64,000 nucleotides of DNA, from contig JBJEWF010000028.1 of NCBI GenBank assembly GCA_051884915.1, positions 5,515-69,514 of the forward strand. The letters run 5' to 3'. The position numbers and the translations under genes were made by a program. The notes beneath the pieces are model-generated. The model searched no databases. It had not been told where the DNA came from and worked only from the letters and a program-made list of their open reading frames with translations. This document shows, one piece after another, positions 8,451 through 18,851 of the stretch; position 1 is the stretch's first letter, and the number at the start of each line of letters is the position of its first letter. Origin of the DNA: Kiritimatiellia bacterium (GTDB lineage: Bacteria > Verrucomicrobiota > Kiritimatiellia > RFP12 > UBA1067).

Positions 8451-10288
8451 TGCGGACGGAACGGCGGACCGTTCGGGTTGACAAGGAGGTAGGACAGCGG
8501 CTTGACGGTCTCGCCGTGGTAGTCGTAGGCGTCCGCGCCGTAGTTCGAGACGATCTTCGAGCCGTCGCCGAACGACGTCAGGAAGACCTGGTCGGCCAGC
8601 GCGTCGTGGCGCACCATCTGCTCCCTCTGGAGGTGGCGGACCGGCACGAACTCGTCCCACGCCCGCCTGATGCGCGGCACGTCGGCGAACTTGCAGGTGT
8701 AGAAGATCGGGCGGCCGCCGAATTCGACGATCTTGAGCGCCACGCGCGGATCTTCGACGCCATCGCCTTCCATCCACCGCGGATCGCCGCTCTTCTCCAG
8801 CTTGTACAGGCATTTGCCGCGCGTGTGGTTCTGGCACCAGCGATCGGACGTGTAGAGGATGATGCCGTGGTAGACGAGCTCCCACACCGGGAAGACGCCC
8901 GTCGCCAGCGGCGGCAGTTTCCCCTCGGCCAGCTCCTTGAGATCGCGCTCGACATAGTTGATGTAGTCGAGATTGCCGGCCACGTGGTCGTAGCCGCTTT
9001 CGCTCGCCGCGCCGCCCATCAGGCGCCGCCCCTCGGCCAGGATCCGGTTCTGGAATTCGGCCATCTGCTCCGGCGTGCAGGGATGCTTCGGGTCGCCGCA
9101 GCGCTGGGGATAGGTCGCGGAATAGACGTCGATGTAGTGCGGGCCGCGAATGCCGAGCGCCGCCATCTCCTTCATCTCCTGCGGCAGCCAGCGTTCCCAC
9201 GCGCATTTCTGGCACACCCAGTAGCACTGGCCGCCGGCCCAGAGGCCGCCCATGTCCAGCGCGCCGTCCGCCCGCTTGCAGACCCAATCCGCGTCCCACC
9301 GGCGCGAACACAGGTAGCCGTCCGTATTGGAGGCGTGGAGCGCGAACTGGTAGCCCAGCGCCTTCGCCTTTCCGATCAGCCGCCGGAACGCCGCCGCGCC
9401 GCCGGCCTCGGCGCCGACGGGGAAATGGCCGGGGACGCGCCCGTCGTAGCCGCCGTCCTGCCAGCCGGCCGAGCAGATGGACAGTTTGTCCACGCCCGCG
9501 TCCTTCAGCGCCTGGAGAAACTCCTCCGTCACGCCAAAGGGCATGTGGACGACCACGGGCGGCTCTTCGCCCTGCCGGAAGAAGAGCTTGGGGTCCTTGG
9601 CGTCGGGAATCGGCTTCGCGGCATGCGTCTGAATGCGCACGACGATCGCGTCGCACAGATAGTCGAGTTCCGGACTGTCCTTGACGCGGTCCTTGATCGT
9701 GCGCACCGCGCCGCGCGCCAGCTGGTACCGGCGATAGGCGTGCGCCAGGCCGTTGTAGTCGGCCGCCGCGCCCGTCAGCGGATGGTACTCCACGACGATG
9801 TCGTTGTAGAATCCGGGGAAGAACGCCTTGACCCGGTCGCACCGGAACCGCGGGAAGACCTCGTAGGCGCCCTTCTTCGCCGCGGCGGTGAAGTCGTAGT
9901 CGAACCGCCACGTCTTCACGTGTCCGTACCAGAGCCGGTCGCCCCGCTTCAGGCCGAAAATCGGCATCAGCTGCCGGCTTTTCGCGTAGACGCCGTCGTC
10001 CTTGTCCAGGCGGCCGTAGGTCCCGCGCGCCTGGATCCAATAGCCGTCGTCGCCCTTGCGGGCCTTCATGAACGCCGGCACGACGTCCACGGCCCAGGCG
10101 TCGGCCGGGATCTCGCCTTTGGGGAACGTCGCGCGCCAGCCGTTCGCGGGCAGCGGCTCCAGTTCGATCGTCCGGACGTCGCACGCCACGGTCTTTTTCG
10201 CGGTACCCCGGAAAATGCGGACCTCCGCCGTCTCCGAAAAGAGCGCGGCGGAGGACAACAGGCAGACGCCAAGAAGAAGGCTTCTCAT
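8447..10288 (-). CDS. Exported glycoside-hydrolase-like protein (resembles DUF5696-type proteins), paralogue 1
   Basis: Track ORF 8447..11278 trimmed to the ATG at 10288 (MRSLLLGVCLLSSAALFS, a signal peptide). Shares GW.DGG.DGR.P..FPV....GG, YIDVYS and LVYHGII blocks with the ORF at 51989..53785. The start overlaps the argG stop (TGATG). Confidence 0.7.
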   Translation of the reverse strand: MRSLLLGVCLLSSAALFSETAEVRIFRGTAKKTVACDVRTIELEPLPANGWRATFPKGEIPADAWAVDVVPAFMKARKGDDGYWIQARGTYGRLDKDDGVYAKSRQLMPIFGLKRGDRLWYGHVKTWRFDYDFTAAAKKGAYEVFPRFRCDRVKAFFPGFYNDIVVEYHPLTGAAADYNGLAHAYRRYQLARGAVRTIKDRVKDSPELDYLCDAIVVRIQTHAAKPIPDAKDPKLFFRQGEEPPVVVHMPFGVTEEFLQALKDAGVDKLSICSAGWQDGGYDGRVPGHFPVGAEAGGAAAFRRLIGKAKALGYQFALHASNTDGYLCSRRWDADWVCKRADGALDMGGLWAGGQCYWVCQKCAWERWLPQEMKEMAALGIRGPHYIDVYSATYPQRCGDPKHPCTPEQMAEFQNRILAEGRRLMGGAASESGYDHVAGNLDYINYVERDLKELAEGKLPPLATGVFPVWELVYHGIILYTSDRWCQNHTRGKCLYKLEKSGDPRWMEGDGVEDPRVALKIVEFGGRPIFYTCKFADVPRIRRAWDEFVPVRHLQREQMVRHDALADQVFLTSFGDGSKIVSNYGADAYDYHGETVKPLSYLLVNPNGPPFRPQ

Positions 10289-11523
10289 CACTTCACGCTG
10301 ATCTGGCCGGACTTCGCGAGCATCTTCGCCTCGACGGACTGGATTTCCGCGAATCCCTGCGAACTGTGCGGATTCAGGCCGTTGGAGGCTTCCATCGAAC
10401 TGTCGGCCTCGTTGTAGATCGTCGCCTTGAGGCCGGTGAGCGCCTCGAAGAAGATGTTGCCCTTGTAGAGGCCCAGCGTGACGTCCGCCGTCGCCTTGTC
10501 CGCCCACACCTGGATGGCCGCGCGGGCCGCCCGGGTGGCGGGGTCGAACCAGCGGCCATCGTAGATCTGGTCGCTCACGAGCTTGGAGAGCTGCTGGAAG
10601 AGGAGCGTCGAGCGACGGTCCATGATGCCCTCGTAGATGTACTTGAGACCCCAGCTGAGCACCTCCATGCCGGGCGCCTCGTAGACGCCGCGGCTCTTCG
10701 TTCCGATGATGCGGTTTTCGAGCGCGTGCTTCATGCCGATGCCGTTGCGGCCGCCGATCTTGTTCAGTTCGAGCATGATGTCGAACGGCGACAGCTTCCT
10801 GCCGTTGACGGCCGTGCAGCGGCCCTTCGCGAACGAGAGCGTCACCTTCTCGACCTTGTTCGGCGCCTTTTCCGGCCACACGCCCATCGTGGGCTTCACG
10901 ATGCGCATTGAGGTCTCCATCGATTCGAGATCCTCCGCCTCGTGGGAAAGCCCGGCGAGGTTCGCGTCCGTCGAATATTTCTTCTTCGTGCCGACGAACG
11001 CCGTGATGCCGCGCGCGGCGAGGAACGCGACCATCTCCGTGCGGCCCGGGAAGCGCTTCAGCAGTTCGCTGTCGCGCCACGGGGCGTACACGCCGAACTT
11101 CGGGTCGAGCACGTTCGTGTAGCGCTCGAAGCGCATCTGGTCGTTGCCGCGGCCCGTCGCGCCGTGGACGAGCACCGTGCAGCCGGCCTTCTTCATCGCG
11201 GGAAGCAGCGCCTGGACCGTCACCGCGCGGGCGATGCCCGTCGAGTTCCAGTAGCCGCCGTCGTACATGGCCTGGCACTTGACCGTCTCGAAGCAGATGT
11301 CGGCCATCGCCTTCGTCACGTCGACGATCGTCGTCTCGACGCCCGTGGGCGCCATCTTCTTCTTGATGTCGTTGATGTCCTTTTCGTCGGGCTGGCCGAC
11401 GTTCGCGCTGAACGCCTTCACCTTGACGCCCGCGTCAAGCAGCACGCAGCAGATCGTTTTCGAATCGAGACCGCCCGACACGCACACGCCGACGGTCTTG
11501 CCCTTCAGGTCTTCCAATTTCAT
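10288..11523 (-). CDS. argG: Argininosuccinate synthase
   Basis: GVCVSGGLDS (the N-type ATP pyrophosphatase motif), HGATGRGNDQMRFE, and full-length similarity to long-form ArgG. Confidence 0.95.
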   Translation of the reverse strand: MKLEDLKGKTVGVCVSGGLDSKTICCVLLDAGVKVKAFSANVGQPDEKDINDIKKKMAPTGVETTIVDVTKAMADICFETVKCQAMYDGGYWNSTGIARAVTVQALLPAMKKAGCTVLVHGATGRGNDQMRFERYTNVLDPKFGVYAPWRDSELLKRFPGRTEMVAFLAARGITAFVGTKKKYSTDANLAGLSHEAEDLESMETSMRIVKPTMGVWPEKAPNKVEKVTLSFAKGRCTAVNGRKLSPFDIMLELNKIGGRNGIGMKHALENRIIGTKSRGVYEAPGMEVLSWGLKYIYEGIMDRRSTLLFQQLSKLVSDQIYDGRWFDPATRAARAAIQVWADKATADVTLGLYKGNIFFEALTGLKATIYNEADSSMEASNGLNPHSSQGFAEIQSVEAKMLAKSGQISVK

Positions 11524-11556
11524 TTTGCACGTTCCTCGTTTGCAGATCAGGAAATT

Positions 11557-12759
11557 CTACTCGGCTTCGCCGGCCCAAAGTTCGTCGAGCGCCTCGGCCA
11601 TCATCTCGACGGCCTGCTCGATATTGGCCTCCTTCATCGACAGCGTCGGCAGGAAGCGCACCACGTTGTCGCCCGCCGTGAGGGCGAGGACGTTGTAGTC
11701 GCGGAACTTCCCGACGACGGCCTTGGGATCGCCGTCGACCACCATGCCCAGCATCAGGCCGATGCCGCGCACGTCGAGAACCTGGTCGTACTTCTCGGCG
11801 AACGCCTTCAGCGACTCCATCAGGAGCTCGCCTTTCCGGACGGCCGCGTCGAGCAGGTTCTCCTCCTCGATGATCCGGATCGTCGCGAGCGCCGCGGCGC
11901 AGGCGAGCGGATTGCCGCCGAACGTCGACGCGTGGCTGCCGGGCGTGAAGACGTCCGCGAATTTCGCGTTCGAGACGAGCGCGCCCATCGGCACGCCGTC
12001 CGCAATGGCCTTCGCGCAGGTGAAGAGGTCCGGCTTGACGCCGAAGTTCTGCCAGCCCCACCATTTGCCCGTGCGGCCCATGCCGCACTGGACTTCGTCG
12101 CAGATCATGACGAGGTTCTTCTCGTCGCAGAGCGCGCGCACGCCCGCCATGAACTCGGCCGTCGCCGGCATCACGCCGCCTTCGCCCTGCACGGCCTCAA
12201 GCATGATGGCCACCGTCTTGTCCGTCACGGCGGCCCGGACGCTCTCGATGTCGTTGAAATCGGCGTACGCAAAACCGACCGGCAGCGGCTCGTAGCCCTG
12301 CTGGCACCAGCTCTGGCCCGTCGCCGTCAGCGTGGCCAGCGTGCGGCCGTGGAAGCTGTTGCGCATCGTGACCACTTCGTAGCGCCCGCTCCCGGCGCCC
12401 CACTTGCGGACGAGCTTGAGCGCGGCCTCGTTCGCCTCGGCGCCCGAATTGCAGAAGAACACCTTGCCGTCAAGCCCGGAAATCTGGACGAGCTTCTTCG
12501 CGAGCTGGACCTGGGGCTCGCTGATGAAGAGATTGGAGCAGTGGCCGAGCCGGGCGGCCTGTTCCACGATGGCCTTCACCACGCCTTCCGTGCAGTGGCC
12601 CACGTTGTGGCAGCCGATGCCGCTCGTCAGATCGTAGTACTGGGTGTTCTCGGGCGTGTAGACGCGCGACCCCTTGGCCTTGGCGAGAACCAGCGCCGGC
12701 GAATAGGTCGGCATCAGGTACTTCTTGTAGTCTTCAGCGAGTTCAGTGCTCTTGCTCAT
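11557..12759 (-). CDS. argD: Acetylornithine aminotransferase (class III PLP aminotransferase)
   Basis: FFCNSGAEANEAALK, LICDEVQCGMGRTGK and TFGGNP motifs. Sits between argB and argG. Confidence 0.9.
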   Translation of the reverse strand: MSKSTELAEDYKKYLMPTYSPALVLAKAKGSRVYTPENTQYYDLTSGIGCHNVGHCTEGVVKAIVEQAARLGHCSNLFISEPQVQLAKKLVQISGLDGKVFFCNSGAEANEAALKLVRKWGAGSGRYEVVTMRNSFHGRTLATLTATGQSWCQQGYEPLPVGFAYADFNDIESVRAAVTDKTVAIMLEAVQGEGGVMPATAEFMAGVRALCDEKNLVMICDEVQCGMGRTGKWWGWQNFGVKPDLFTCAKAIADGVPMGALVSNAKFADVFTPGSHASTFGGNPLACAAALATIRIIEEENLLDAAVRKGELLMESLKAFAEKYDQVLDVRGIGLMLGMVVDGDPKAVVGKFRDYNVLALTAGDNVVRFLPTLSMKEANIEQAVEMMAEALDELWAGEAE

Positions 12760-13613
12760 TCCGTGATCTCCGTTCCAACACCCTCGCGGGTGAATATTTC
12801 CAACAAAAGCGAGTGGGGCATGCGTCCGTCGACCAGATGGACCTTGCTCACGCCGGCGCGGATGGCGTCCTCGCAGCCTTCGATCTTCGGCAGCATGCCG
12901 CCGGCGATGACGCCCTCCGCCTTCAGCCGGGCGACGCTGGAGAGGTGGAGCGTCGTCAGCAGCGTCTTCGGGTCGGACGGGTCCCGGAGCAGCCCGGGCA
13001 CGTCCGACACGACGGCGAACTTGCGGACCTTCAGCGCTTTCGCGAGGGCGGCGGCGGCGCTGTCGGCATTGATGTTGTAGAGGTGGCCGTCGCGCCCCGT
13101 TCCGAGCGGCGTCACCACGGGGATGATGCCGGCGTCGAGCATCTCGCGGACGGCGCGCGCGTCCACGCCGACCGGCTCGCCGACGTACCCGCGGTCGGGC
13201 GCCGTGATCTTTTCGGCCGTGAACATCCAGTTGCCGTGCAGCGGGCGCGCATTGGCCTTCATCTGCTGGAGCAGGCGCACCAGCGACGAATTCACCTCGT
13301 TGTTCAGCGTGCGGCGCACGATTTCCATTGTCGCCTCGTCGGTCACGCGCAGCCCGTCGACGAACCGGGGTTCGATCCCGCTTTCCTTCAGGGCGCGGGA
13401 AATGGCCTTGCCGCCACCGTGCACGACGACCACGTGCATGCCCACCGCGTCCATGAAAGCGACGTCCGCCAGAAGCGAAACGAGATTCGTTTCGCTCTCC
13501 ATCACGGAACCGCCCACCTTCACGAGCACGGTCGCGCCGCTGAAGTCCTGGATGTAGGGCAGAGCCTCCGTCAGGACCGCGGCTTTCTGCATTGCCAAAT
13601 CGATTTTTTCCAT
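12756..13613 (-). CDS. argB: Acetylglutamate kinase
   Basis: Track ORF trimmed to the ATG at 13613 (MEKIDLAMQKAAVLTEALPYIQ...). VKVGGS, VVVHGGG and NINAD motifs. ATGA overlap with argD. Confidence 0.92.
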   Translation of the reverse strand: MEKIDLAMQKAAVLTEALPYIQDFSGATVLVKVGGSVMESETNLVSLLADVAFMDAVGMHVVVVHGGGKAISRALKESGIEPRFVDGLRVTDEATMEIVRRTLNNEVNSSLVRLLQQMKANARPLHGNWMFTAEKITAPDRGYVGEPVGVDARAVREMLDAGIIPVVTPLGTGRDGHLYNINADSAAAALAKALKVRKFAVVSDVPGLLRDPSDPKTLLTTLHLSSVARLKAEGVIAGGMLPKIEGCEDAIRAGVSKVHLVDGRMPHSLLLEIFTREGVGTEITE

Positions 13614-13622
13614 GAAGCGGCC

Positions 13623-13651
13623 ATTATAGCACAAAATCGCCGCGGCGGCAA
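13623..13651 (-). promoter_or_regulatory. Sigma70-like promoter TTGCCG-N17-TATAAT with TGC extended -10; 9 nt to the argB ATG
   Basis: Minus strand reads TTGCCG CCGCGGCGATTTTGTGC TATAAT GGCCGCTTC ATG. Confidence 0.45.
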
Positions 13652-13731
13652 TCCGCCCGCCACGGCCGCGGGCGTGGCGATCCGTTCCGGCAGGGGCGGC
13701 ACGGGAACGGGCCGCCGCGACGGGCAACGGC

Positions 13732-14508
13732 TCAGAACGCGTACAGGGTGCTGGGTTCGTGCTGGCTCAAAGTGGCCAGAACGACGTCGGGACGGCCGAT
13801 TTCCGCCAGCGCCGCACGGGAGGCCGCCTCGGCCAGATGGGGCCGGTTGCAGTCTTCCGACAAATGCGCCAGAAGCAGGATCTTCAATCCGGAAGGGGCG
13901 ACCTCGCGGATGACGTCCGCCGCGTCCCGGTTCGACAGATGCCCGCTCCGTCCCAGAATCCGCCGGATCAGCGCGGGCGCGCGGCCCGAGCGCTGGAGCA
14001 GTTCGACGTCGTGGTTGGACTCCAGCACCGCGCAGGTTGCCCGGCACAGCGCCTCCTTGACGGGGTCGGTGGCGATCCCCATGTCCGTTCCCACGAACAG
14101 CCGCGACGTCCCGTCGTCGAACAGATAGCCGACGGGATCCGTCGCATCGTGGGAAAGCGAAAACGTCGTCACCGTCAAGGCGCCCAGCCCAAACGGTTCG
14201 GCCGTCTCGAACACGCACCAGCCGTCGTGGACGCCCGTGCGCGCCGCGATGGCGTCCGCCGTCAGGCCGTTGGCGAAGAGCGGAACGGCCGGATGGCGGC
14301 CGTGGAACGTCTCCAGTCCGGCATAGTGGTCGGAATGGTTGTGCGTGAAGAGGACGGCGGAGACGGCGCGGACGTCGATGCCGCAGACCGCCATCCGCCG
14401 TTCAAGTTCGCGGCAGCTCAAGCCGCAATCGAGCAGGGCGAGCGTCGTCCCGCTTTGCACGCAAAGGGCGTTCCCCCCCGAACCGCTTGCCAGCACCCGC
14501 AGCTTCAT
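13732..14508 (-). CDS. MBL-fold metallo-hydrolase
   Basis: Trimmed to the ATG at 14508 (MKLRVLASGSGGNA...). THNHSDH (HxHxDH) motif. Confidence 0.85.
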   Translation of the reverse strand: MKLRVLASGSGGNALCVQSGTTLALLDCGLSCRELERRMAVCGIDVRAVSAVLFTHNHSDHYAGLETFHGRHPAVPLFANGLTADAIAARTGVHDGWCVFETAEPFGLGALTVTTFSLSHDATDPVGYLFDDGTSRLFVGTDMGIATDPVKEALCRATCAVLESNHDVELLQRSGRAPALIRRILGRSGHLSNRDAADVIREVAPSGLKILLLAHLSEDCNRPHLAEAASRAALAEIGRPDVVLATLSQHEPSTLYAF

Positions 14509-14518
14509 CGGCCCGTTC

Positions 14519-15019
14519 TCAGGCGTGGATCCGGGCGTTGGCCTTGGCGACCTTGGCCCGAAGCTCGTCCTTGTGCGCCCGGTACTTCGCGCGCAGGCCG
14601 GCATCGGCCGTTCCCAGGATCTGGACGGCCAGCAACGCCGCGTTCGCCGGCCCCGCAGATCCCACGGCCACCGTCGCCACCGGCACGCCCGACGGCATCT
14701 GGACCGTCGCGTACAGCGCGTCCAGGCCGTTCAGCGCGCCGCCCGCCACCGGGATGCCGATGACCGGCAGAACCGTGCCGGCCGCCAGCACGCCGCCCAG
14801 ATGCGCCGCGCCGCCCGCCGCCGCGACGATCACCTTGAGGCCGCGCTCTTCCGCCGTCCTGGAATACGCAAGCGCCTCTTCCGGGGTGCGATGGGCGCTG
14901 ATCACCCGCGTTTCATACGGCACGCCAAACTTGTCCAGCGTCTCACAGGCCTTCTGGACGAGCGGCCAGTCGCTGTCGCTGCCCATCACGATGCCAACCA
15001 CGGGTCTGTCTGAATCCAT
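14519..15019 (-). CDS. purE: 5-(carboxyamino)imidazole ribonucleotide mutase
   Basis: Trimmed to the ATG at 15019. [18 protein letters not shown] and AAGGAAHL motifs. Confidence 0.93.
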   Translation of the reverse strand: MDSDRPVVGIVMGSDSDWPLVQKACETLDKFGVPYETRVISAHRTPEEALAYSRTAEERGLKVIVAAAGGAAHLGGVLAAGTVLPVIGIPVAGGALNGLDALYATVQMPSGVPVATVAVGSAGPANAALLAVQILGTADAGLRAKYRAHKDELRAKVAKANARIHA

Positions 15020-15060
15020 TTGCTGCTCCTCTCGTAGAAAAAAAATGCGCGCGCCCTTCG

Positions 15061-15351
15061 TCAGCGGACCGCCTTGTTCCGGTAGTGGCAATAGAGCGCC
15101 AGGTCCGTCGACACGAGAACCATGTCGATGGCGTAGACGATGCACAGCCAGTCGTTGCCGGGAATCGCGTCCAGCAGCCGCGCGCAGATTCCGCCCACGT
15201 AGCCGAGCAGCACGACGAGCATGAACATCGGGCTCTTGCCGGCCACGCCCGCGCCGCCGTGTCCGGCCCGGTACGTGCGGACGATTGCAAACGGCCACGA
15301 AAAGCCGAATGCGAACAGCATGAAGAATTCACAGAACTGGGATATTTCCAT
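15061..15351 (-). CDS. Small three-helix membrane protein (PQ-loop/SemiSWEET-like at best), hypothetical
   Basis: 96 aa with three hydrophobic segments. GAGGTGA lies 7 nt upstream of the ATG. Composition is unlike the antisense shadow ORFs. Confidence 0.5.
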   Translation of the reverse strand: MEISQFCEFFMLFAFGFSWPFAIVRTYRAGHGGAGVAGKSPMFMLVVLLGYVGGICARLLDAIPGNDWLCIVYAIDMVLVSTDLALYCHYRNKAVR

Positions 15352-15388
15352 TTTCTTTCACCTCGATTTCCGCCGTGCGGCCTCCGGC

Positions 15389-16159
15389 CTACGCCTTCGT
15401 CCCATACACCTTTTCGTCGTGCCAGGCGGCGGCGCGCAGGTAGTGGCGGTTCATCTGCGCGATGTTGCGCACGGAAATGCCCTTCGGGCACGCCGCCTCG
15501 CAGGCGCGGACGTTGGTGCAGCCGCCGAAGCCTTCCGCGTCCATCTGCCTGACCATGGCCAGCACGCGGCGGTTCGCCTCGACGCGGCCCTGCGGCAGAT
15601 TCGCCAGGTGGCCGATCTTCGCCGCGGCGAACAGCATGGCCGACGCGTTCGGGCACGCCGCCACGCAGGCGCCGCAGCCGATGCAGGCCGCCGCGTCGAA
15701 CGCGCGGTCGGCCTCCTCCTTCGCGACCGGCGTCACGGCGGCATCCGGCGCCGCGCCCGTGTTCACGCTCACGTAGCCGCCCGCCTGGATGATGCGGTCG
15801 AAGGCGCTGCGGTCGATCACGCAGTCGCGCACGACCGGGAACGCGGCGGACCGGAACGGCTCGACCGTGATCGTGTCGCCGTCCTTGAACAGGCGCATGT
15901 GCAGCTGGCAGGTCGTCGTGCCGTAGTCGCGGCCGTGCGGCACGCCGTTGACGACGAGCGAGCACGTGCCGCAAATGCCCTCGCGGCAGTCGTGGTCGAA
16001 GGCGATCGGCTCGACGCCGCGCTTCATGCGCCGTTCGTTCATCACGTCCAGCATGTCCAGCAGGGACATGTCGGGCGAAACGTCCCCGACCTCTTCCGTC
16101 TCGAAGGCGCCCGGAGACGAAGCGTCCTTCTGGCGCCACATTCTAACGGTGACGTTCAT
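15389..16159 (-). CDS. sdhB: Succinate dehydrogenase/fumarate reductase iron-sulfur subunit
   Basis: 2Fe-2S motif CREGICGTC. 4Fe-4S/3Fe-4S motifs [12 protein letters not shown] and [17 protein letters not shown] overlap with sdhA. Confidence 0.93.
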   Translation of the reverse strand: MNVTVRMWRQKDASSPGAFETEEVGDVSPDMSLLDMLDVMNERRMKRGVEPIAFDHDCREGICGTCSLVVNGVPHGRDYGTTTCQLHMRLFKDGDTITVEPFRSAAFPVVRDCVIDRSAFDRIIQAGGYVSVNTGAAPDAAVTPVAKEEADRAFDAAACIGCGACVAACPNASAMLFAAAKIGHLANLPQGRVEANRRVLAMVRQMDAEGFGGCTNVRACEAACPKGISVRNIAQMNRHYLRAAAWHDEKVYGTKA

Positions 16160-18072
16160 TACTTGTAGCTCCTTGTGGCGAGGTGGACGTTTTCAAAGGA
16201 CAGCGGTTCCTTGGCGAGTTCGGGCTTCCGGCCCTCGCCCCTGTACGCCCATGCGCCCACGTAGCAGAAATTCTCGTCGTCGCGCTTCGCCTCGCCTTCG
16301 GGCGTCTGGCTCTCCTCGCGGAAATGGCCGCCGCACGACTCTTCGCGATGCAGCGCGTCGAGCGCCAGCACTTCCGCGAATTCGAGGAAGTCGGCCACGC
16401 GGCCCGCGTTCTCCAGGTTCTGGTTGAACGACTGCGCGTCGCCCAGGACGTTCACGTCGTGCCAGAACTCGTCGCGCAGCGCGGGAATCTGCGCCAGGGC
16501 CTTCTCCAGTCCGGCCCGGTTCCGCGCCATGCCCACGTGCTCCCAGAGGATGCCGCCCAGTTCGCGGTGGAATTCGCGGACGGTGCGGTGGCCTTTGACG
16601 GACAGCAGCCTGCGGATCCGTTCGTCGGCCTGCTTCAGCGCGTCCGTGAACGGCGCGGCGTCCGTCGAAACCCGCGGCAGCGCCGTCGAGGCCAGATAGC
16701 CGCCCAGCGTGTAGGGGATGACGAAATAGCCGTCCGACAGCCCCTGCATCAGCGCCGAAGCGCCCAGCCGGTTCGCGCCGTGGTCGGAGAAGTTCGCCTC
16801 GCCGAGCACGAAGCAGCCCGGAATCGTGCTCATCAGATCGTAGTCGACCCACAGCCCGCCCATCGTGTAGTGGATGGCCGGGAAAATGCGCATCGGCGTC
16901 CTGTACGGATTCTCGCCCGTGATCTTCTCGTACATCTGGAAGAGGTTGCCGTATCGGGCCGACACGCCGGACTCGCCCAGGCGCGCGATCGCCTCCGAGA
17001 AGTCGAGATAGACGGCCCGCTTCGTGTCGCCCACGCCCATGCCCGCATCGCAGACCTGCTTGGCGTTGCGGCTGGCCACGTCGCGCGGCACGAGATTGCC
17101 GAAGCTCGGATACTTCTCCTCAAGGTAGTAGTAGCGCTCGGCCTCCGGAATGTCCTGCGGCGCGCGCGCGTCGCCTTTCCGGCGCGGCACCCAGATGCGC
17201 CCGTCGTTGCGGAGCGATTCGCTCATCAGCGTCAGCTTGGACTGCAGGTCGCCGTGGCGCGGGATGCAGGTGGGATGGATCTGCGTGTAGCAGGGATTCG
17301 CGAACAGCGCGCCGCGCTTGTACGCGCGGAAGGCCGCCGACACGTTCGAGCTCTGCGCGTTCGTCGACAGGAAGTAGACGTTGCCGTAGCCGCCCGTGCA
17401 CAGGCACACGGCGTGAGCCGCATGGCTCTCAAGCGCGCCGGTCGTCAGGTTGCGGACGATGATGCCGCGCGCCTTGCCGTCGACGAGAACGAGGTCCAGC
17501 ATCTCGCGGCGCGCATAGACCGTCACCCGGCCGGCCGCCACCTGCCGCATCATCGCCTGGTAGGCGCCCAGCAGCAGCTGCTGGCCCGTTTGGCCGCGCG
17601 CGTAGAACGTGCGGGACACCTGCGCGCCGCCAAAGGAGCGGTTGTCCAGCTGCCCGCCGTATTCGCGGCCGAACGGAACGCCCTGCGCCACGCACTGGTC
17701 GATGATGCGGTTCGAGTTCTCCGCCAGCCGGTAGACGTTCGCCTCGCGCGCGCGGAAGTCGCCGCCCTTGATCGTGTCGTAGAACAGCCGGTAGACGCTG
17801 TCGCCGTCGTTCTTGTAGTTCTTCGCCGCATTGATGCCGCCCTGCGCCGCAATCGAGTGCGCGCGCCGGGGCGAATCCTGGATGCAGAAGCTCTTGACGT
17901 TGTAGCCGAGCTCGGCCAGCGTCGCCGCGGCGCTGCCGCCCGCCAGGCCCGTGCCGACGACGATCACGGTGAACTTGCGCCGGTTCGCGGGGTTGACGAG
18001 CTTGAGTTCGCGCTGGTACCGCGTCCACTTCTCCTCCAGCGGACCGGACGGAATCTTGGAATCGAGAGTCAT
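16159..18072 (-). CDS. sdhA: Succinate dehydrogenase/fumarate reductase flavoprotein subunit
   Basis: Trimmed to the ATG at 18072 ([10 protein letters not shown]...). [15 protein letters not shown] fold, [14 protein letters not shown] with the covalent-FAD His, HYTMGG. Confidence 0.93.
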   Translation of the reverse strand: MTLDSKIPSGPLEEKWTRYQRELKLVNPANRRKFTVIVVGTGLAGGSAAATLAELGYNVKSFCIQDSPRRAHSIAAQGGINAAKNYKNDGDSVYRLFYDTIKGGDFRAREANVYRLAENSNRIIDQCVAQGVPFGREYGGQLDNRSFGGAQVSRTFYARGQTGQQLLLGAYQAMMRQVAAGRVTVYARREMLDLVLVDGKARGIIVRNLTTGALESHAAHAVCLCTGGYGNVYFLSTNAQSSNVSAAFRAYKRGALFANPCYTQIHPTCIPRHGDLQSKLTLMSESLRNDGRIWVPRRKGDARAPQDIPEAERYYYLEEKYPSFGNLVPRDVASRNAKQVCDAGMGVGDTKRAVYLDFSEAIARLGESGVSARYGNLFQMYEKITGENPYRTPMRIFPAIHYTMGGLWVDYDLMSTIPGCFVLGEANFSDHGANRLGASALMQGLSDGYFVIPYTLGGYLASTALPRVSTDAAPFTDALKQADERIRRLLSVKGHRTVREFHRELGGILWEHVGMARNRAGLEKALAQIPALRDEFWHDVNVLGDAQSFNQNLENAGRVADFLEFAEVLALDALHREESCGGHFREESQTPEGEAKRDDENFCYVGAWAYRGEGRKPELAKEPLSFENVHLATRSYK

Positions 18073-18842
18073 GGTGTCGAGTTCTCCGCGTTCTTCAGTC
18101 GCGCCAGGCCCGGCTGGTCGCCCAGCGCCTTCCGGATCTGCGCCTGGCCGGCCGCCGTATGCGCGAGCGCGCACGTGCCGGCCGCCGTGCCGGCGAAACC
18201 GAGTCCCAGCGCAACCGCCAGCAGCCAGCCGCACAGGGCAAACGCCGGCGTCCATTTCGGATGATCGAGGCCAAACGTGCGGAAGAGCGAGGGAATCGCG
18301 TGGAACAGATGGGCACCGACGACCAGCAGCGCCAGGACGTAAAGCGCCGTGTAGACGGGATTGCCGAAGAACAGGACCGTCGTCAGCCACATGTCGCGGA
18401 CCAGTTCGCCGTCCGCGTCCCGGTACAGATAGCAGGTCCCGAACTTGAAGACGGCCAGATGCAGCACGACGAACAGGAGGATGACCAGGCCCGAGCCGTA
18501 CATCGTGTAGGACGCCGGCGTCGACGGCCCCACCGCGGCCGCGACCGCATAGCGGCGCGGGCCCGCGGCCTTGCGGTTCCGGAGCTTCAGCCCGGTCGCA
18601 AAGGCGACGTGCCACGCGAAGACGCCGGCGATGCCGGCTTCGACGAACCAGATGAGCGGCTTCAATCCCGTCAGGAACTTCGTGTAGGCGTTATAGGCCG
18701 CCTGCGCCGCCGCGGGATCCGGATTGAGCAGCTGCAGGTTGCCCAGCAGATGGCCGACCAGAAAGGCCACGAGCGCCGCGCCGGCCGCGCCCATCGACTG
18801 CTTGCCCCCGACCGAGGACTTCAGATAGCGGAGAAACCACAT
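18069..18842 (-). CDS. sdhC: Succinate dehydrogenase/fumarate reductase cytochrome b subunit (single-subunit, b558-type anchor)
   Basis: Five predicted TM helices with conserved His residues. C-A-B gene order as in Bacillus/Wolinella-type enzymes. ATGA overlap with sdhA. Confidence 0.8.
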   Translation of the reverse strand: MWFLRYLKSSVGGKQSMGAAGAALVAFLVGHLLGNLQLLNPDPAAAQAAYNAYTKFLTGLKPLIWFVEAGIAGVFAWHVAFATGLKLRNRKAAGPRRYAVAAAVGPSTPASYTMYGSGLVILLFVVLHLAVFKFGTCYLYRDADGELVRDMWLTTVLFFGNPVYTALYVLALLVVGAHLFHAIPSLFRTFGLDHPKWTPAFALCGWLLAVALGLGFAGTAAGTCALAHTAAGQAQIRKALGDQPGLARLKNAENSTP

Positions 18843-18851
18843 CGCCCCACC

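Noticed and set aside
11524-11559. TAGAAT hexamer overlapping the argD stop, as an internal argG promoter or arginine attenuator
   Set aside because: It has no TGn extension and no acceptable -35 at 16-18 nt. The 33-nt gap holds only an SD (GAGGAA). It contains no leader peptide or alternative hairpins.
10942-13080. 712-aa plus-strand ORF across argG/argD/argB. Similar plus ORFs occur at 16183..18264, 18159..20357, 21646..23700 and 8516..10417.
   Set aside because: These are antisense to unambiguous housekeeping genes (argG, argD, sdhA, purD, secretin). Their sequence is low-complexity and Arg/Asp/His-rich.
15020-15060. GCGCGCGC followed by T8 as a terminator between the small membrane protein gene and purE. 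Similar loop-less GC palindromes before T-runs occur at 25106-25125 and 13629-13645.
   Set aside because: The palindromes are 8-10 nt with no loop, so at most a 3-bp hairpin can form. The T-runs are better explained as the T-rich segment of TTTTGCTATAAT-type promoters. At 15020-15060 it may be nothing.
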